A DNA stretch of 10,769 bases from an uncultured bacterium (GTDB lineage Bacteria > Caldisericota > Caldisericia > B22-G15). A program made the translations under genes and the position numbers. The stretch lies in assembly GCA_965612865.1 (NCBI GenBank), contig CBFDTJ010000048.1, positions 1 through 10,769 on the forward strand, given 5' to 3'. Every line of letters begins with the position of its first letter. The stretch's first letter is position 1. Of this stretch, positions 10,676 to 10,769 are shown in pieces. The notes beneath the pieces were generated by a model that made no database searches, was not told the origin of the DNA, and worked only from the letters and a program-made list of their open reading frames with translations.

Positions 10676-10705
10676 TTCTCAATAAACAGTTTTAAGTGTT
10701 ATAAT
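10676..10705 (+). promoter_or_regulatory. Putative extended -10 promoter for the HAD gene (leaderless)
   Basis: TGTTATAAT at 10697-10705 (perfect TGn-TATAAT), 7 nt before ATG 10713; weak -35 TTCTCA at 10676-10681 with 18-nt spacer; no SD. Confidence 0.7.
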
Positions 10706-10712
10706 ATTTTAT

Positions 10713-10769
10713 ATGAAAAAATTTATACTGTTTGATCTAGATGGAACTCTACTTCATATGAATTTTGAT
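10713..10769 (+). CDS. HAD-superfamily hydrolase, N-terminal fragment truncated by the window end
   Basis: Manual translation MKKFILFDLDGTLLHMNFD contains HAD motif I (hhhDxDGTL); open to the end of the window; absent from the ORF track because it is short. Confidence 0.88.
   Translation, partial: MKKFILFDLDGTLLHMNFD

Noticed and set aside
10684..10733. 7-bp inverted repeat AAACAGT/ACTGTTT flanking the HAD promoter as an operator
   Set aside because: Short, 36 bp apart and expected by chance in AT-rich DNA; the second arm is constrained by coding

Overview
AT-rich bacterial contig end. Bases 4-69 are an untrimmed Illumina Nextera adapter (P7 + i7 index CATGCCTA + Tn5 mosaic end), so genomic sequence starts at about 70. 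The + strand carries a three-gene ECF module: a sigma-70 ECF factor, a small membrane protein (candidate anti-sigma), and a secreted beta-helix (bactofilin-like) protein with a polytopic membrane anchor. It converges on a tightly packed seven-gene minus-strand run: cdaA (diadenylate cyclase), cdaR (YbbR), ligA (NAD-dependent DNA ligase), a gingipain-like C25 cysteine peptidase ending in cohesin-like and dockerin modules, a roadblock/LC7 protein, hutU (urocanate hydratase), and a DUF123/GIY-YIG-like nuclease. A HAD-superfamily hydrolase missed by the ORF track starts at 10713 and runs off the end. It and cdaA are divergently driven from an 81-bp spacer by promoters that appear to give leaderless or near-leaderless mRNAs. 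The most notable items are the C25-cohesin-dockerin protease (EF-hand-like loop between the catalytic residues; dockerin halves sharing a perfect 35-bp repeat), the split RsiW-like ECF module, ligA in place of glmM after cdaAR, and the dual leaderless promoter. No RNA genes, CRISPR arrays or genuine mobile elements were seen. Family calls rest on motif recognition, not database searches.
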